The notes under the pieces: generated by a model
Seen by the model: only the letters and a program-made list of their open reading frames with translations
Databases searched by the model: none
Told to the model about the DNA's origin: nothing
Translations under genes and position numbers: made by a program
Part shown: positions 37,501 through 48,274 of the stretch, one piece after another
How the letters are laid out: every line of letters begins with the position of its first letter
Numbering within the stretch: the first letter of the stretch is position 1
Assembly (NCBI RefSeq): GCF_963921235.1
Contig: NC_086097.1
Coordinates: 73,782,001-73,846,000 of the forward strand
Direction of reading: 5' to 3'
Length of the DNA: 64,000 bases
DNA from: Mobula hypostoma
Taxonomy: Eukaryota

Positions 37501-40500
37501 GTAGATGTTCAGCAAAGCGGTCTCCCAGTCTGCGTCGGGTCTCACCAATATATAAAAGGCCACATCGGGAGCACCGGACGCAGTATATCACCCCAGTCGA
37601 CTCACAGGTGAAGTGATGCCTCACCTGGAAGGACTGTTTGGGGCCCTGAATGGTGGTAAGGGAGGAAGTGTAAGGGCATGTGTAGCACTTGTTCCGCTTA
37701 CACGGATAAGTGCCAGGAGGGAGATCAGTGGGGAAGGATGGGGGGGACGAATGGACAAGGGAGTTGTGTAGGGAGCGATCCCTGCGGAATGCAGGGGGGG
37801 GGGACGGAAAGATGTGCTTAGTGGTGGGATCCCGTTGGAGGTGGCGGAAGTTACGGAGAATAATATGTTGGACCCGGAGGCTGGTGGGGTGGTAGGTGAG
37901 GACCAGGGGAACCCTATTCCTAGTGGGGTGGTGGGACGGTGGAGTGAGAGCAGATGTACGTGAAATGGGGGAGATGCGTTTAAGAGCAGAGTTGATAGTG
38001 GAGGAAGGGAAGCCCCTTTCTTTAAAAAATGAAGACATCTCCCTCATCCTAGAATGAAAAGCCTCATCCTGAGAGCAGATGCGGCGGAGACGGAGGAATT
38101 GCGAGAAGGGGATGGCGTTTTTGCAAGAGACAGGGTGAGAAGAGGAATAGTCCAGATAGCTGTGAGAGTCAGTAGGCATCAGTTAGTAGACATCAGTGGA
38201 TAAGCTGTCTCCAGAGACAGAGACAGAAAGATCTAGAAAGGGGAGGGAGGTGTCGGAAATGGACCAGGTAAACTTGAGGGCAGGGTGAAAGTTGGAGGCA
38301 AAGTTAATAAAGTCAACGAGTTCTGCATGCGTGCAGGAAGCAGCGCCAATGCAGTCGTCGATGTAGCGAAGGAAAAGTGGGGGACAGATACCAGAATAGG
38401 CACGGAACATAGATTGTTCCACAAACCCAACAAAAAGGCAGGCATAGCTAGGACCCATAGGGTGCCCATAGCTACACCTTTAGTTTGGAGGAAATAGGAG
38501 GAGCAAAAGGAGAAATTATTAAGAGTAAGGACTAATTCCGCTAGACGGAGCAGAGTGGTGGTAGAGGGGAACTGATTAGGTCTGGAATCCAAAAAGAAGC
38601 GTAGAGCTTTGAGACCTTCCTGATGGGGGATGGAAGTATATAAGGACTGGACATCCATGGTGAAAATAAAGCGGTGGGGGCCAGGGAACTTAAAATCATC
38701 GAAAAGTTTAAGAGCGTGAGAAGTGTCACGAACATAGGTCGGAAGGGATTGAACAAGGGGTGATACAACAGTGTCGAGGTATGCAGAAACGAGTTCGGTG
38801 GGGCAGGAGCAAGCTGAGACAATAGGTCGGCCAGGACAGGCAGGTTTGTGGATCTTGGGTAGGAGGTAGAAACGGGAAGTGCGGGGTGTGGGAACTATAA
38901 GGTTGGTAGCAGTGGATGGGAGATCCCCTGAGCGGATAAAGTCGGTGATAGTGTGGGAGACAATGGCCTGGTGCTCCTTAGTGGGGTCACGATCGAGGGG
39001 TAAATAAGAGGAGGTATCCGCGAGTTGTCGCTGTGCCTCGGCAAGGTAGAGGTCAGTACGCCAGACTACAACAGCACCCCCCTTATCAGCGGGTTTAATA
39101 ATAAGGTTAGGATTAGTGCGGAGGGAGTGGAGAGCAGAGCGTTCCGAAGGAGTGAGGTTGGAATGGGGACAAGGTGCGGTGAAGTCGAGACGGTTGATGT
39201 CCCGTCGGCAGTTGGCAATAAAGAGATCCAGAGCAGGCAGAAGACCAGAGCGGGGTGTCCATGAAGAAGAGGAGGGTTGAAGACGGGAGAAGGGGTCATC
39301 AGTGGGGGTGGAAGAGTCCTTGCCGAAGAAGTAGGCTCGGAGACGGAGACGGCGGAAGAAAAGTTCCGCATCATGGCGAACACGGAACTCACTGAGGTGT
39401 GGGCGAAGGGGGACAAAGGTGAGGCCCTTACTGAGAACAGAGCGTTCTGCCTCCGACAGTTGAAGGTCGGAGGGGATGGTAAAGACCCGGCACGGATGAG
39501 AGCTGGGATCAGAGGGGGGAGGGGGGAGGCTGGGGGTGTCAGTGGAGAGGGGAGGGTTGGGGTGAGAGAAAGATGGAGCCTCTGAGGGCCCAAGAGCTGA
39601 CGGTGGGATCTGAGGAAGACGGGGCTGCGGAGTGGTGGTGGGTGAAGGGGAGATGGGAGTCACACTAGCAGCACATAAAGACCCGGCCTGGTGTTCAAGG
39701 CTGGAATCTTGAGAGCTGGGATCAGAGGGGGGAGGGGGGAGGCTGGGGTGTCAGTGGAGAGGGGAGGGTTGGGGTTAAGCATAGCAGCCCGTTTTTCTGC
39801 AAGAAACCGCTGATAATCAACAGATGTGCTAATCTTGCTATTAAATGCTGAGCAATATTTCTTCTTGTAGTTAAGCCAGTTAGTGCTTCAAGGTCCTTGT
39901 CTCTTTGTACTGTCCTGCACATAGATAAGACCAGCTCCAGCCTGTCCTGTGTGGGTGTATGTGAGCAACTATATCTACCCTGCAAGAGGAACTGCCAGTT
40001 GGTTGGTGGACTGAGCAGGAACAGTCTTTAAGTGACTTTATCCGGATTTGACTTCCACAAGATGAATACTCTTAGATCTCACACCACACCTGACCCAGTG
40101 CAAAATCTGACTACTGACTCCCCAGCATGACTAGGTGGAATCTAGAACATTTTAGTAGTACATGTTCAGACTGGGACTTCTGTAAGAATGTCTGAATGCT
40201 CATGGGCAGCTAGAAAAAAGATCAGCATTTTATCCTGCTAAATGCAACGATTTTGACAATGTGAAAAGAGGTTTGTGACAATAAGTAATATGCTTGTAGA
40301 TTTTGAAGATATATAATATAAAATATACAAATTGCACAAGGAAAAGATACTTCACACAAACAGGTAATAACTTACTTTGTCTTTACAATTTCTTTCTCAT
40401 AGACATCTTCAATGACCTTTAGCAACAGAGGAAAAAAGGGAAAAATACAGAATGAGCTGATGTATTTGTAATTTCTCATTATAAAATCTTCATTTTGTGA

Positions 40501-42384
40501 GACTAGTTCAGAGTCAAACTGTTCAGTTACCATGTAGTCCAACCAGATTAGAATTCAGATATTGCAGTGCAATGGTGGCTGTGTTATTGATGGACTGCAT
40601 ACTACGGTAAAGCACAAACGTGCTCACAGAGCTTAATGATCCACAATCTGGTTCACTCATTAGTCCAGAATGTGAGCTGGGTGTGCAGGCAATGTCAGGG
40701 TTCTGAAGTGTGGTCAGGGCCATGAAATGGAATGGGGTCAAGTGTGCAGTTGAAGCCAGGGCTGGCGTTTGAAATATCAGGTTTGGAACACAAGATGGTA
40801 GCCAGAGTCAGGGTCTAGAGCAATTGTATGCTTCCTGTTCCCTTCAAATCCCTTAGGCTCACCCTTTTACGTAATACACAAAAAAGTTCATTCTAAGTGT
40901 GCTTTGTTAGTAATAGGAGTAAGATCCAAATGTTTGGAAAATCTGAAAGACTAGTAAAATCCCAAGGGTGCCAGATTATTGGAGGTTTACTATAATAATC
41001 TATGATTATACAACATATCTAATTATTTAACACTGCCCAAATATAAACACAGTTTTTGTCCATGTTCTATTGGTTATGAATCAGAGGTAACAAATCCTCT
41101 ACTTAGCTGGTGCTATCCCATTTCAAAACATTCTGATGCATGTGCTTGGAACTGAAGAAGAAACTAAGTGAGGAGTACCTTTGAATCAAATGTCAGTTTT
41201 TTCTTCACATGAGGTGCCCAGTATCTATTTGATAACTGAAAATACAAAGGTATGAAAATATTATAAACACATCCATAGCACTGCTTACCGCAAACTGGTT
41301 TGATAGAAATATGAACATTTTTAGTATGCCTTTCATTATAAAGTCAAAGAGCACAGGCACTAAATTAATCAAACTGGACAGTTGAAACTCCAGTGATCAA
41401 AACACAAAGTTCTCCAAAGTCAGCATAAAAAGACTTGATGTTGATGTGATTGATGTTAACAGCATGTGGACCTCTCACAATAAGGTCCAACAAGAGAAAA
41501 TCTGGTGTGCACATACAATAGACCTGGAAATATACAGTTCTTGGAAAAAAGGGCTAACTCAGTGTTTGCATCACGTTGGACCAACAAACTCTTCATTTGA
41601 GGGCCTCAGCTGTAAAATGGTGCAATGCTCAAAACCTTATATATTTTGGTCACCAATCAGCTTTCGCTTCATGTTGGGAGACTGTTGATCTGGAGATGTT
41701 CTGCTTGAGAAGAGGTGGAAGGAGGAGCAGCAGATAGGAAATACTGCTGAACAGGAATCAGGAGTGGTTAATGGAGTTCGGTGGGGAGGTGAGTGTAGCA
41801 GTAGGTGAGGTGTGGCCTAATGGATAGCAAATAAGACTTTCATGAGGCAGGTACCCACTGCCAAATTCCAAGACCTGATCCATGTTCAAGCAGGACCCTC
41901 TTATTTAGTAATCACAATGAGGTCTGACAAATGTCTGTTGGAAAGGCCCAAGTGATGTGTCAGACATGGATGTAAGACATGCATTGGATGACACAGTGAA
42001 GGCCTCCACATCTGGTGCACTGGATGCGTCAGAAAACCAGGATCAAAAAAATCCTAGAATTCATGTGCCTTGGAACAAGTTCTTGATTTTTCATTATTGT
42101 TGTTTTTTTTATATTGAAATTGTATGTGTAGCACCCACAAATGTTGCCGTTCACAATTCTGGACCACAATTCTGCACACATACTCAAAAAAAACTACTAT
42201 CCCATATTATGAATAAACCCACAATGAAAAAGATCTAATTGTTCTCAATCATTAAGTCGTGAGAAAGCTGACAAAACCTATAGTATTCTGCACATCTCAC
42301 ACTCCTTACCTGAGTGACATATTCAGCATTTATCTGAGATACGGTAGGTGCAACCATTTTCTTTCCTTGTGGCACAGCTTCCAT
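8768..42384 (-). CDS. AQR: AQR, RNA helicase Aquarius (IBP160); 5' part, 19 coding exons, 666 codons, continues beyond the left edge
   Basis: The spliced translation [25 protein letters not shown]...[12 protein letters not shown] is colinear with vertebrate AQR as recalled. All introns are GT-AG and the exon phases are consistent (sum 1998 nt). Confidence 0.97.
9170..9348 (-). mobile_element. Old tRNA-headed SINE fragment (DeuSINE/SacSINE1-like)
   Basis: Minus strand has A-box-like TCAGTTGGCAGTGC, B-box GTTCAAACC, then GAGGGAATGCTACTGTGTGGAGGTGCTGTCTTTC resembling the DeuSINE body as recalled. Confidence 0.5.
9448..9615 (-). CDS. AQR: AQR coding exon 18
   Basis: [55 protein letters not shown], 168 nt. 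Confidence 0.95.
10011..10189 (-). CDS. AQR: AQR coding exon 17
   Basis: [59 protein letters not shown], 179 nt. Confidence 0.95.
10277..10455. mobile_element. Short fold-back Penelope 3'-end derivative containing a hammerhead motif
   Basis: Inverted arms (AAAATGCTGGAAGAACCCGCAGGCCAG / CTGGCCTGCTGAGTTCCTCCACTATTTT) homologous to 36864-37000; possible TSD TTTAAAATT. Confidence 0.75.
10333..10370 (-). ncRNA. Minimal type I hammerhead ribozyme motif (variant)
   Basis: GAGTC-CTGATGA-AGGGGCTCGGCCC-GAAAC-ATC-GACTG on the minus strand. Confidence 0.55.
10740..11150 (+). mobile_element. Degenerate CR1 LINE endonuclease fragment
   Basis: CLFNARSIR start motif and following degenerate APE-like sequence. 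Confidence 0.6.
11985..12126 (-). CDS. AQR: AQR coding exon 16
   Basis: [46 protein letters not shown](W), 142 nt. Confidence 0.95.
12320..12440 (-). CDS. AQR: AQR coding exon 15
   Basis: [40 protein letters not shown](G), 121 nt. Confidence 0.95.
12524..12626 (-). CDS. AQR: AQR coding exon 14
   Basis: [34 protein letters not shown], 103 nt. Confidence 0.94.
12720..13430 (-). mobile_element. Old degenerate Penelope fragment
   Basis: Minus translation [12 protein letters not shown] resembles the GIY-YIG region of the element at 37.3-37.7 kb. Confidence 0.55.
13708..13811 (-). CDS. AQR: AQR coding exon 13
   Basis: [34 protein letters not shown](S), 104 nt. Confidence 0.95.
14520..14990 (-). 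mobile_element. hAT-type DNA transposon fragment (zinc-finger N-terminus)
   Basis: [31 protein letters not shown] resembles hAT/ZNF862-type N-terminal finger regions; terminus-like CCCTCTAATTT near 14528. Confidence 0.5.
15423..15536 (-). CDS. AQR: AQR coding exon 12
   Basis: [38 protein letters not shown], 114 nt. Confidence 0.95.
16095..16262 (+). mobile_element. Degenerate Penelope 3'-end short copy
   Basis: AGATGCTGCCAGACCTGCTGAGATTCTCCAGCATTTTG...TTCCAGCATCCGCAGA preceded by a decayed hammerhead region and a short inverted arm. Confidence 0.6.
16457..16580. repeat. (GA)n/(GACA)n microsatellite
   Basis: Directly visible. Confidence 0.95.
18579..18695 (-). CDS. AQR: AQR coding exon 11
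   Basis: [39 protein letters not shown], 117 nt. Confidence 0.95.
19230..19825 (+). mobile_element. Degenerate Rex1/Babar-like LINE 3' fragment
   Basis: [13 protein letters not shown]...LQRV is similar to the copy at 32.1-32.7 kb. Confidence 0.6.
19916..19980 (-). CDS. AQR: AQR coding exon 10
   Basis: (G)[21 protein letters not shown], 65 nt. Confidence 0.93.
21118..23550 (-). mobile_element. CR1 LINE, 5'-truncated, degenerate ORF2
   Basis: [39 protein letters not shown]1-type 3' tail near 21118. Confidence 0.9.
21478..21631 (+). mobile_element. 154-bp fold-back Penelope 3'-end element inserted into CR1
   Basis: Perfect 16-bp TSD GCCTTTCACCATTCAA at 21462-21477 and 21632-21647; internal inverted arms. 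Confidence 0.85.
23705..24010 (+). mobile_element. CR1 3' fragment
   Basis: GGGCACAGCCTCAGAATAG...AATTTCTTTAGCCAGAGGG...GAATGGCCTAACTCTGCTCTTATGCCTTATGG. Confidence 0.8.
24674..24750 (-). CDS. AQR: AQR coding exon 9
   Basis: [25 protein letters not shown], 77 nt. Confidence 0.9.
25005..25105 (-). CDS. AQR: AQR coding exon 8
   Basis: [33 protein letters not shown](Q), 101 nt. Confidence 0.94.
25319..25387 (-). CDS. AQR: AQR coding exon 7
   Basis: [23 protein letters not shown], 69 nt. Confidence 0.93.
26443..29564 (-). mobile_element. hAT Buster/Charlie-type DNA transposon, full length, transposase disrupted
   Basis: TIRs TAGTGGTCACCAACC / GGTTGACGACCATTA; 8-bp TSD GTGTAGAT/ATGTAAAT with central TA; transposase motifs [38 protein letters not shown]; likely start ATG at 29190. 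Confidence 0.9.
26920..27515 (+). mobile_element. Unclassified non-LTR 3'-end insertion with a (TAATC)n tail, inside the hAT transposase
   Basis: Interrupts FGSIY...[19 protein letters not shown] followed by TAATCTAATCTAATCT. Confidence 0.65.
30995..32958 (+). mobile_element. Rex1/Babar-like LINE, 5'-truncated
   Basis: [66 protein letters not shown]; tail AATAAAGTATAAAGT. Confidence 0.85.
33766..33903 (-). CDS. AQR: AQR coding exon 6
   Basis: [46 protein letters not shown], 138 nt. Confidence 0.93.
34001..34074. mobile_element. 74-bp hAT (Charlie-type) MITE
   Basis: Ends CAAGGGTTCCCAA / TTGGAAGCCCCG; 8-bp TSD CACTAGAG (33993-34000) and CATTAGAG (34075-34082). Confidence 0.7.
34530..34980 (+). 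mobile_element. Penelope 3' fragment with a degenerate hammerhead (34883-34920)
   Basis: [15 protein letters not shown]-terminus, pyrimidine-rich UTR, then CAGTC-CTGACGA...GAAAC-GTC-GAC. Confidence 0.8.
35112..35232 (-). CDS. AQR: AQR coding exon 5
   Basis: [40 protein letters not shown], 121 nt. Confidence 0.95.
35340..35375 (-). CDS. AQR: AQR coding exon 4
   Basis: [11 protein letters not shown](S), 36 nt. Confidence 0.92.
35938..36320 (-). mobile_element. CR1 3' fragment
   Basis: [24 protein letters not shown]. Confidence 0.8.
36864..39772 (-). mobile_element. Penelope-like retroelement, Neptune type (RT + GIY-YIG), 5'-truncated, young
   Basis: [45 protein letters not shown]. Cys-rich linker [45 protein letters not shown]. 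14-bp TSD GGTTAAGCATAGCA at 36850-36863 and 39773-39786. Two frame breaks (~38460, ~38180). Confidence 0.93.
36960..36997 (-). ncRNA. Minimal type I hammerhead ribozyme motif in the Penelope 3' repeat
   Basis: TAGTC-CTGACGA-AGGGTCTCGGCCT-GAAAC-GTC^GACTG: helix I, CUGANGA core, helix II, GAAA, loopless palindromic ACGU helix III, GUC triplet. Confidence 0.7.
40376..40416 (-). CDS. AQR: AQR coding exon 3
   Basis: [13 protein letters not shown](K), 41 nt. Confidence 0.92.
41179..41235 (-). CDS. AQR: AQR coding exon 2
   Basis: [19 protein letters not shown], 57 nt, AG/GT flanks. Confidence 0.92.
42310..42384 (-). CDS. AQR: AQR coding exon 1
   Basis: [25 protein letters not shown], 75 nt, donor GTAAGG. 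Confidence 0.92.
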
Positions 42385-42654
42385 TTTTTGTTTGTTTATT
42401 AGCTTACTTTGAGATTTACAACTGCTAAAACAAATGTTACATATTATTAAAATTTAATATTGGTAAGAATATAAAAACATTTTTGTATAACACATTCTTA
42501 GTATAACTACATAAATAGAATATCTATATTTTTGCTCTCTGAAGATGAAAAGATCAAATAAATCCAGATCGTTTCAATTTATTAAAGGGTTTTCATTGTT
42601 TTGTATCTCAACAATATTTATTTGTAAAATTATGTAAACAATTGGAAATTTCCT

Positions 42655-43610
42655 TCAATTTGCCATCAACCTCTCTAACCACCTTGTCAAAAACTCAATC
42701 AAGTTGTTATGACACGACATACCCTGCACAAACCCATGCTGGCTCTCCCTAATTAGGCCGTGGGTCTCCAAATGCTCATATATGCTATCCCTAAGAATTT
42801 TCTCCAGCAATTTCCCCACAACTGACTTGAGACTCACCGGTCTCTGGTTCCCAGGATTTTCCCTTGTTCCCTTCTTAAATACAGGTACAACATTAGCTAC
42901 TCACCAGTCCTCTGGAACCTTGCCTTAGCCTAAGAGAGGACAAAGAGATACTGGTCAAGGGCACATCAAGTTAGTCTCATCTCCTTCAATCACTTGGGGT
43001 AAGGCCGTTGGGACTTATCTACCTTAGTACTCAATAAGAAGCCCAACACTTCCTCTTCTTTGACCTCTAAGCACCCTAACATAATTATACACTCAGCACT
43101 GATCTCCTGGTCCTCCATGTCCTTTTCCTCGGTAAATACTGAACCAAAGTACTCATTAAGTACCTCAGTCACATTCTCCACATCGAAGCAAAACCCTCTT
43201 ATTCTTGGGTGGTCCCACTCACTCTCTAGTTATCCTCTTGATGTATGAATTGAATACTTTAGGATTCACCTTAATCGTACTTGCCAAGAACTTTCCACGC
43301 ACCGCCCCACCCCAGCTTTCCTAATTCACTTTAGTTCTTTTCCGGCTTCTTAATTCTGCTAATGTGTTTTGCTTGATCCTAACTTCCAAATGTACATATT
43401 TTCCTTTTTTTTTTTACCTCTCTGGACATCCAAGGTTCTTATCTTTCCATCCCTGTCCTTCCTTCTAAGAGGAACATACCTTTCCTGTACTCTGTGCAAT
43501 TGATCTTTAAACACCCTCCACATGTCTGATGTGGACTTACCAGAGAAAAGGTGTTCCCAATTAACTCTTCTTAGTTCCTGCCCAATACCCTCATAATTTA
43601 CCCTACTTTG
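42655..43610 (-). mobile_element. CR1 internal fragment
   Basis: EVLNEYFGSVFTEEKD; SVVGKLLEKILRDSIYEHLETHGLIRESQHGF. Confidence 0.85.
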
Positions 43611-44239
43611 TCCAACATCGCCTTTGCCTTCCTGTCTACTGAACTAATACGTAAGCTTTCAGTACTTTGCATACAAGGACACCCAAATACCTCAAACATC
43701 CACATTTTGCAATCTCTTACAATTTAAAAAATATTGAACCATGGACTGGTCTTCCAAATACTTAGTTGTCAAGGCAGTCATTGTTCATTCGATATAAGAA
43801 GTTGGTCAGGCACTGCGACGAGTCAGACAGTGCAGGGAAGAGAGGTTGTGATGAAAACAAGGAGGGGAACTTCAGAAGTGTGTGCAAGCAGACATTATAT
43901 TTTCAGATAACATGCAGTATATGACAGAGTGATTTGGACAACTCTGGACATAGGCTGTGGGAGCGTGAAAGAAAACAGCTGTGGGTAATTTTCTGGCAAA
44001 AAAAAGGGGAGGTAAAATGTGAGTCAGAAGAGCAGTCCACCCAGTTAGATGTCAGATAGTGTTGCCAAGTCTGCACACAAAGGAAAAAGCCTGCAGTTTA
44101 ACTGGGCCATAGTTATTTAAGGCAGATTTTAGGGGCCAAGGACAACTCATTCTTACACCTGATCTATTGCCCTGAAGAACCCAATGTGGAATCTACAGAC
44201 CAGCTTACAGGTAGGGGAAGTGATGCTAGAATGGTGTTA

Positions 44240-45450
44240 GAATTTTGGTAAGAGAAATCAAAAGACAGGTTATCCTAATGGAGAGGGACTGCAAATGAGT
44301 GCATTGCTTGAGACAGAAATTGTGGTCTCCTGCAGTTTATAACCCATCTCCAGATGCTCCTTTCTCTGAAGCTCAGTACCTTCCCAGGTATTCTTTTTCT
44401 CCTTCTGCGTAGCCATAGACCAGGATTTTCATAACAACGAAAAGGGTCACATAGGAAACTGATGGATAAATTAAAAGCCGATGGTATCAGAAGAAGTGAG
44501 TTAGAATGCTGCTTTTCAGACTGGAAGGAGATAACTTGCAGATACTCTAGGGATCAGTTACTGGTTTGCAATTGTCCACTAGTTTCGTTAACAACTTGGG
44601 GAAGGAACAACATGGAAGGCTTCCAAATTTGCTTATGAAACAAAAATAGGTGGGGGACATGTTGTGATACAAGTGCTGTGATTTGACAATGAGATACAAA
44701 TAGATTGAGTGAATGGGCAAAAGATTGACAAATAGGGTTTAATACGGCAAAGCGTGAGGTCATACACTTCAGTAAAAGAAATCAAATGGCAGGTTATCGT
44801 AACGAAAGGGGGACACAAAAGTGTAGGGAAGTTCTTGTACATGAATCACCAAGTAAATACCAGTAAGTAGTTCATTCTGGCCTTCATTGCAAAGGGTTTG
44901 GAATTAAAAACAGGGAGGCTTGCTGCAACTGCACAAGGTGTTGGTGAGGCCTCACCTGGAATACTGAATATGGTTTTGGCCCCTTTATCTTATAAATCTG
45001 ATATAGTAACACTGTAGGACATTCACCAGACTAATTCTTGGGATCAGAGGGTTATCCTGCCAGGAGAGACTAAATACCTAGCTTGGACCTGCATTTCTTA
45101 GATTTTAGAAGAATGAGGGGTAAAATCCTAAGGGAGTTTGACAAAGCAGGTATTGGGGTATCTTCACTCGTCGAAGAGTTTTGAACAAGGGATATAACTA
45201 AAAAGTAAGGAAGGCCGGTTATTATAAACTGATCAATGTAGAAATTCCTTCTCGCAGAAGATGGTGAACGTTCTGAATTCCCTGCCCCAGCAAGTAGTGG
45301 AAGCTAGATCATTAATAGTAATTAAACTGGGGGGGGGGTTAAATATTTGATAGATCGAGGAATAGAGACTCATGGAGAAATAGCCCGGAATAGAAGTTGA
45401 GACCAGAACACATCAGTAATGATATTAAAAGGCAGCACCGGTTTTAAGGC
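44240..45450 (+). mobile_element. Old CR1 3' part, degenerate
   Basis: AGATTGAGTGAATGGGCAAA, GTGAGGCCTCACCTGGAATA and TTCTCGCAGAAGATGGTGAAC match other CR1 copies in the window. Confidence 0.7.
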
Positions 45451-45860
45451 CTATCCCCCCGACAATACTTTGGGTATCTGGGTCTGGGTCGAGGTTCTTC
45501 TCAGCTGAGTAGTGAAGGGGCCAGGGACATGAACGATTGAGGACGGCATCAAATAAACTCCGACCATCGACCACCCCCGAACCAAGTCCTGGAACCCTCG
45601 CCGCCCCCACCCCACACTGGGTCCCAGGCTCTTCCCACACCGGCCCGGCTCAGCTCTCTCCATCATAAACCCACTCACATTCAGTTCACAGCTTCAGCCT
45701 TGGTCCGCCACTACCTCGCACTTCCGTTCCAGTTGCTCAAAAATACCCCCGAAAACAACGACCCAAACTGCGTTCCGGGGCACAAAACAGAGCGGCACCC
45801 AGTGTCCTGAGATCGCTGCGTTCCGTCAGCAGATAATTTGTTGTTCCGTCAAGGCCATTG
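45450..45860 (-). promoter_or_regulatory. Probable AQR CpG-island promoter with a non-coding first exon (about 45730 down to 45679)
   Basis: The segment is CpG/GC-rich with an ETS-like CGGAAGTG (minus strand, near 45720) and repeated TTCCG motifs. A consensus donor GTGAGT lies at 45678-45673. The ATG exon has an acceptor (TTTTAGCAG) at about 42422-42430. Confidence 0.6.
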
Positions 45861-46199
45861 AAAAACAGCATAAATTCAATATGTTTTTACTTTTATATAT
45901 TGACCATTTGACAGAATGTAAAAATTACTCTGGCTCGAAATGTCAATTTATTTTAGAGATATTTCTTGTTTCAATTTCCTTGGGCAGCTTTCAACCTCAC
46001 AAAATCTGTAAAGGTTATTTTCTAAGGAGCCAGATCTATGTTTGTGTAAGTTAATTTTTTTAAAATAATAGACCCTTGCAGATTTGCAGCTCATTTGTAT
46101 TATGCTAGCATTTCGTAGCACTGAGTCCATGCTCTTCAATGTCACTACGTTTCAAGTGCTCCTTCAAATGCGTTTTAAATGTAGTGCTGATAACTTGCT

Positions 46200-47530
46200 T
46201 TCACCAGCCCCTGAGGAATACGTTCTAGATTTCAGTGACCGTCCCGGCGGGAATAAAACATTACTTTAAGTCCCCTCTAAGTCTCCTAACCCATACCTTA
46301 AAACTTTGCCCTCCTCCACTTGTGGGTGGGAGTAGGAGTTTCGCACTGCCTAGTTTATCCATGTTTTTTTGTACTCTATCCATAACACTGATAAATTTAG
46401 CCTTCAGTGCTCCAAGGAAAAATAATCCAATTTATCTGGTCCCTCTTCCTGTTCTTATATTCGGGGGATCAAGGCAAGTATCCCATGTGGCTTTTTTAAT
46501 CACTTTAATTAACCGTGTTGCTACCTTTAGTGCTTTAGGGAGCCTTGGACAGATGCACCAAGATCCCAATTATTATGTTTTGAATACCCCAGAACACTAA
46601 ACTAACCCAAAGGATGACACGAGAGTGCGAAATGTAAGTCTAACTCCGTGTCTTATTTTAACCGAAGCGGCTATGAATCACGTAGGACCGTGATAACGTA
46701 TCCATCACGTAATGAATGATTACGAACAATAGTGCTTAATCAAACTATATCTATCTATCTATATATGATTATGCAAATATTACTGAAATATGTAATACAC
46801 AACACTGTTCCTCAGTACTTTCTAGGATCTTCATATTCAGTATGCATTTCTGAGCTTTATTAATCCTCCCAATTTACATCACTTTTTTCAGGATTAAGTT
46901 CCATCTGCCATTAGTCTGCCCATCTTCCGCACTGATTAACAGCTTTCTACAGCTGAAGATTGCCCTCGTCACTGTGAACAACACAAACAATTTTAATGTC
47001 ATCTGTGAATTCACTTATCGTGTTTCCTATATCCAGACTGATAACGTACATTAATAGTAAAGACCTGGCATTGGTGTTTGTGCAACGCCGCTGGTCACGG
47101 CTTCAAGATGCAAAACAAGCCCTCGATCATCATCCTATCTCCTGTTATTAAGTCAATTTCGGATCTATTTTATTTTCCAGTTACCTGGGCTCATGATCTA
47201 CCTTTGGACTTTGTTGAAAGCGTTATCGAGGTTCAACTGAAACAGCTTTTATGATAGGCTTAGTTACAATTTCAAAAAAATCATTCAGATTTGTCAGACA
47301 GCATTAACAAAACCATGCCAATTATTCTTGATTAATTTCAGCCTCCAAGTGCAGATTAATCACTTTTCAGGACTTCTCCAATGATTTACTTACTTCATTT
47401 GTTAAATTCATACGCCTATTATCTCCAGAGAAAAGTTGAAAAATTCTGTTAGAGCTCCAGCAATCTTATTCCTTGCATCCCACAGCAGTCTGGAATACAT
47501 CTCACCGGGCCAAGTGGATTGGCCCACCTT
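46200..47530 (-). mobile_element. Old CR1 fragment with an LTR-like insert (~46576-46804)
   Basis: Degenerate CR1 RT sequence (GTCATCTGTGAATT, AGATTTGTCAGACA); the insert runs TGTT...AACA. Confidence 0.55.
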
Positions 47531-48274
47531 TTAGTTTCTCCAATGTTCTTTCTTCACTGACAAATAATTGCTCCTCATTCATTTTCAACCTTTTGGTGTC
47601 CATTATTTACAGACTTTTTTTTGTCTTTTCTGAAGGCAGATATAACATATTTTTATCTTAGACAAATCTACATTTGTTAAGCTTTGCTTTTTTATAGTCA
47701 TAGCTTTTAATGTAAGTTCCCAATCCACTATAGCCACCTCAGTCTTTATACTTCCACAGTTCCCTTTTAGATTTAAGACCAAGCTTTCAGATTAATTAAA
47801 TCAGCTTTAATTTCAATATAACTTGATATGATCATTCTCTGTATCTTTACAGGTTTAGACCATTGCTGGGATGTGAAGTCCATGAGCTGCACCCTACAAT
47901 ACTGTGAATGACCAGGCTGCATGAAGTTTGTTTTCTGTCTACAATGGAAGTAGCAAGTTGGCTTTAATTGTATCATGTAATGTCTGCTACTGTTTAAAGT
48001 GACTAACCAATGACTCCCGCTTTACATCTGGTATTAGAAAACCTGATGGAAAGAGCATCCTGGAGTTGAGTAGTAATGGGAAACACCTTGGGCTGTTCCA
48101 CTGCGTTGTCTGTATAATAGTCATGCGCCTTGAATTGGAAACATAGCATTACGCCTTCATTATCACTGTGTCTAAATCCTGATGGAACCTACCCCACAGA
48201 ACTGCTTGACTACCTTCACCAGAGAGATTGCAGCAGTGCATGAAGGCAACTAATAGCCATTTTAATGTCACTTT

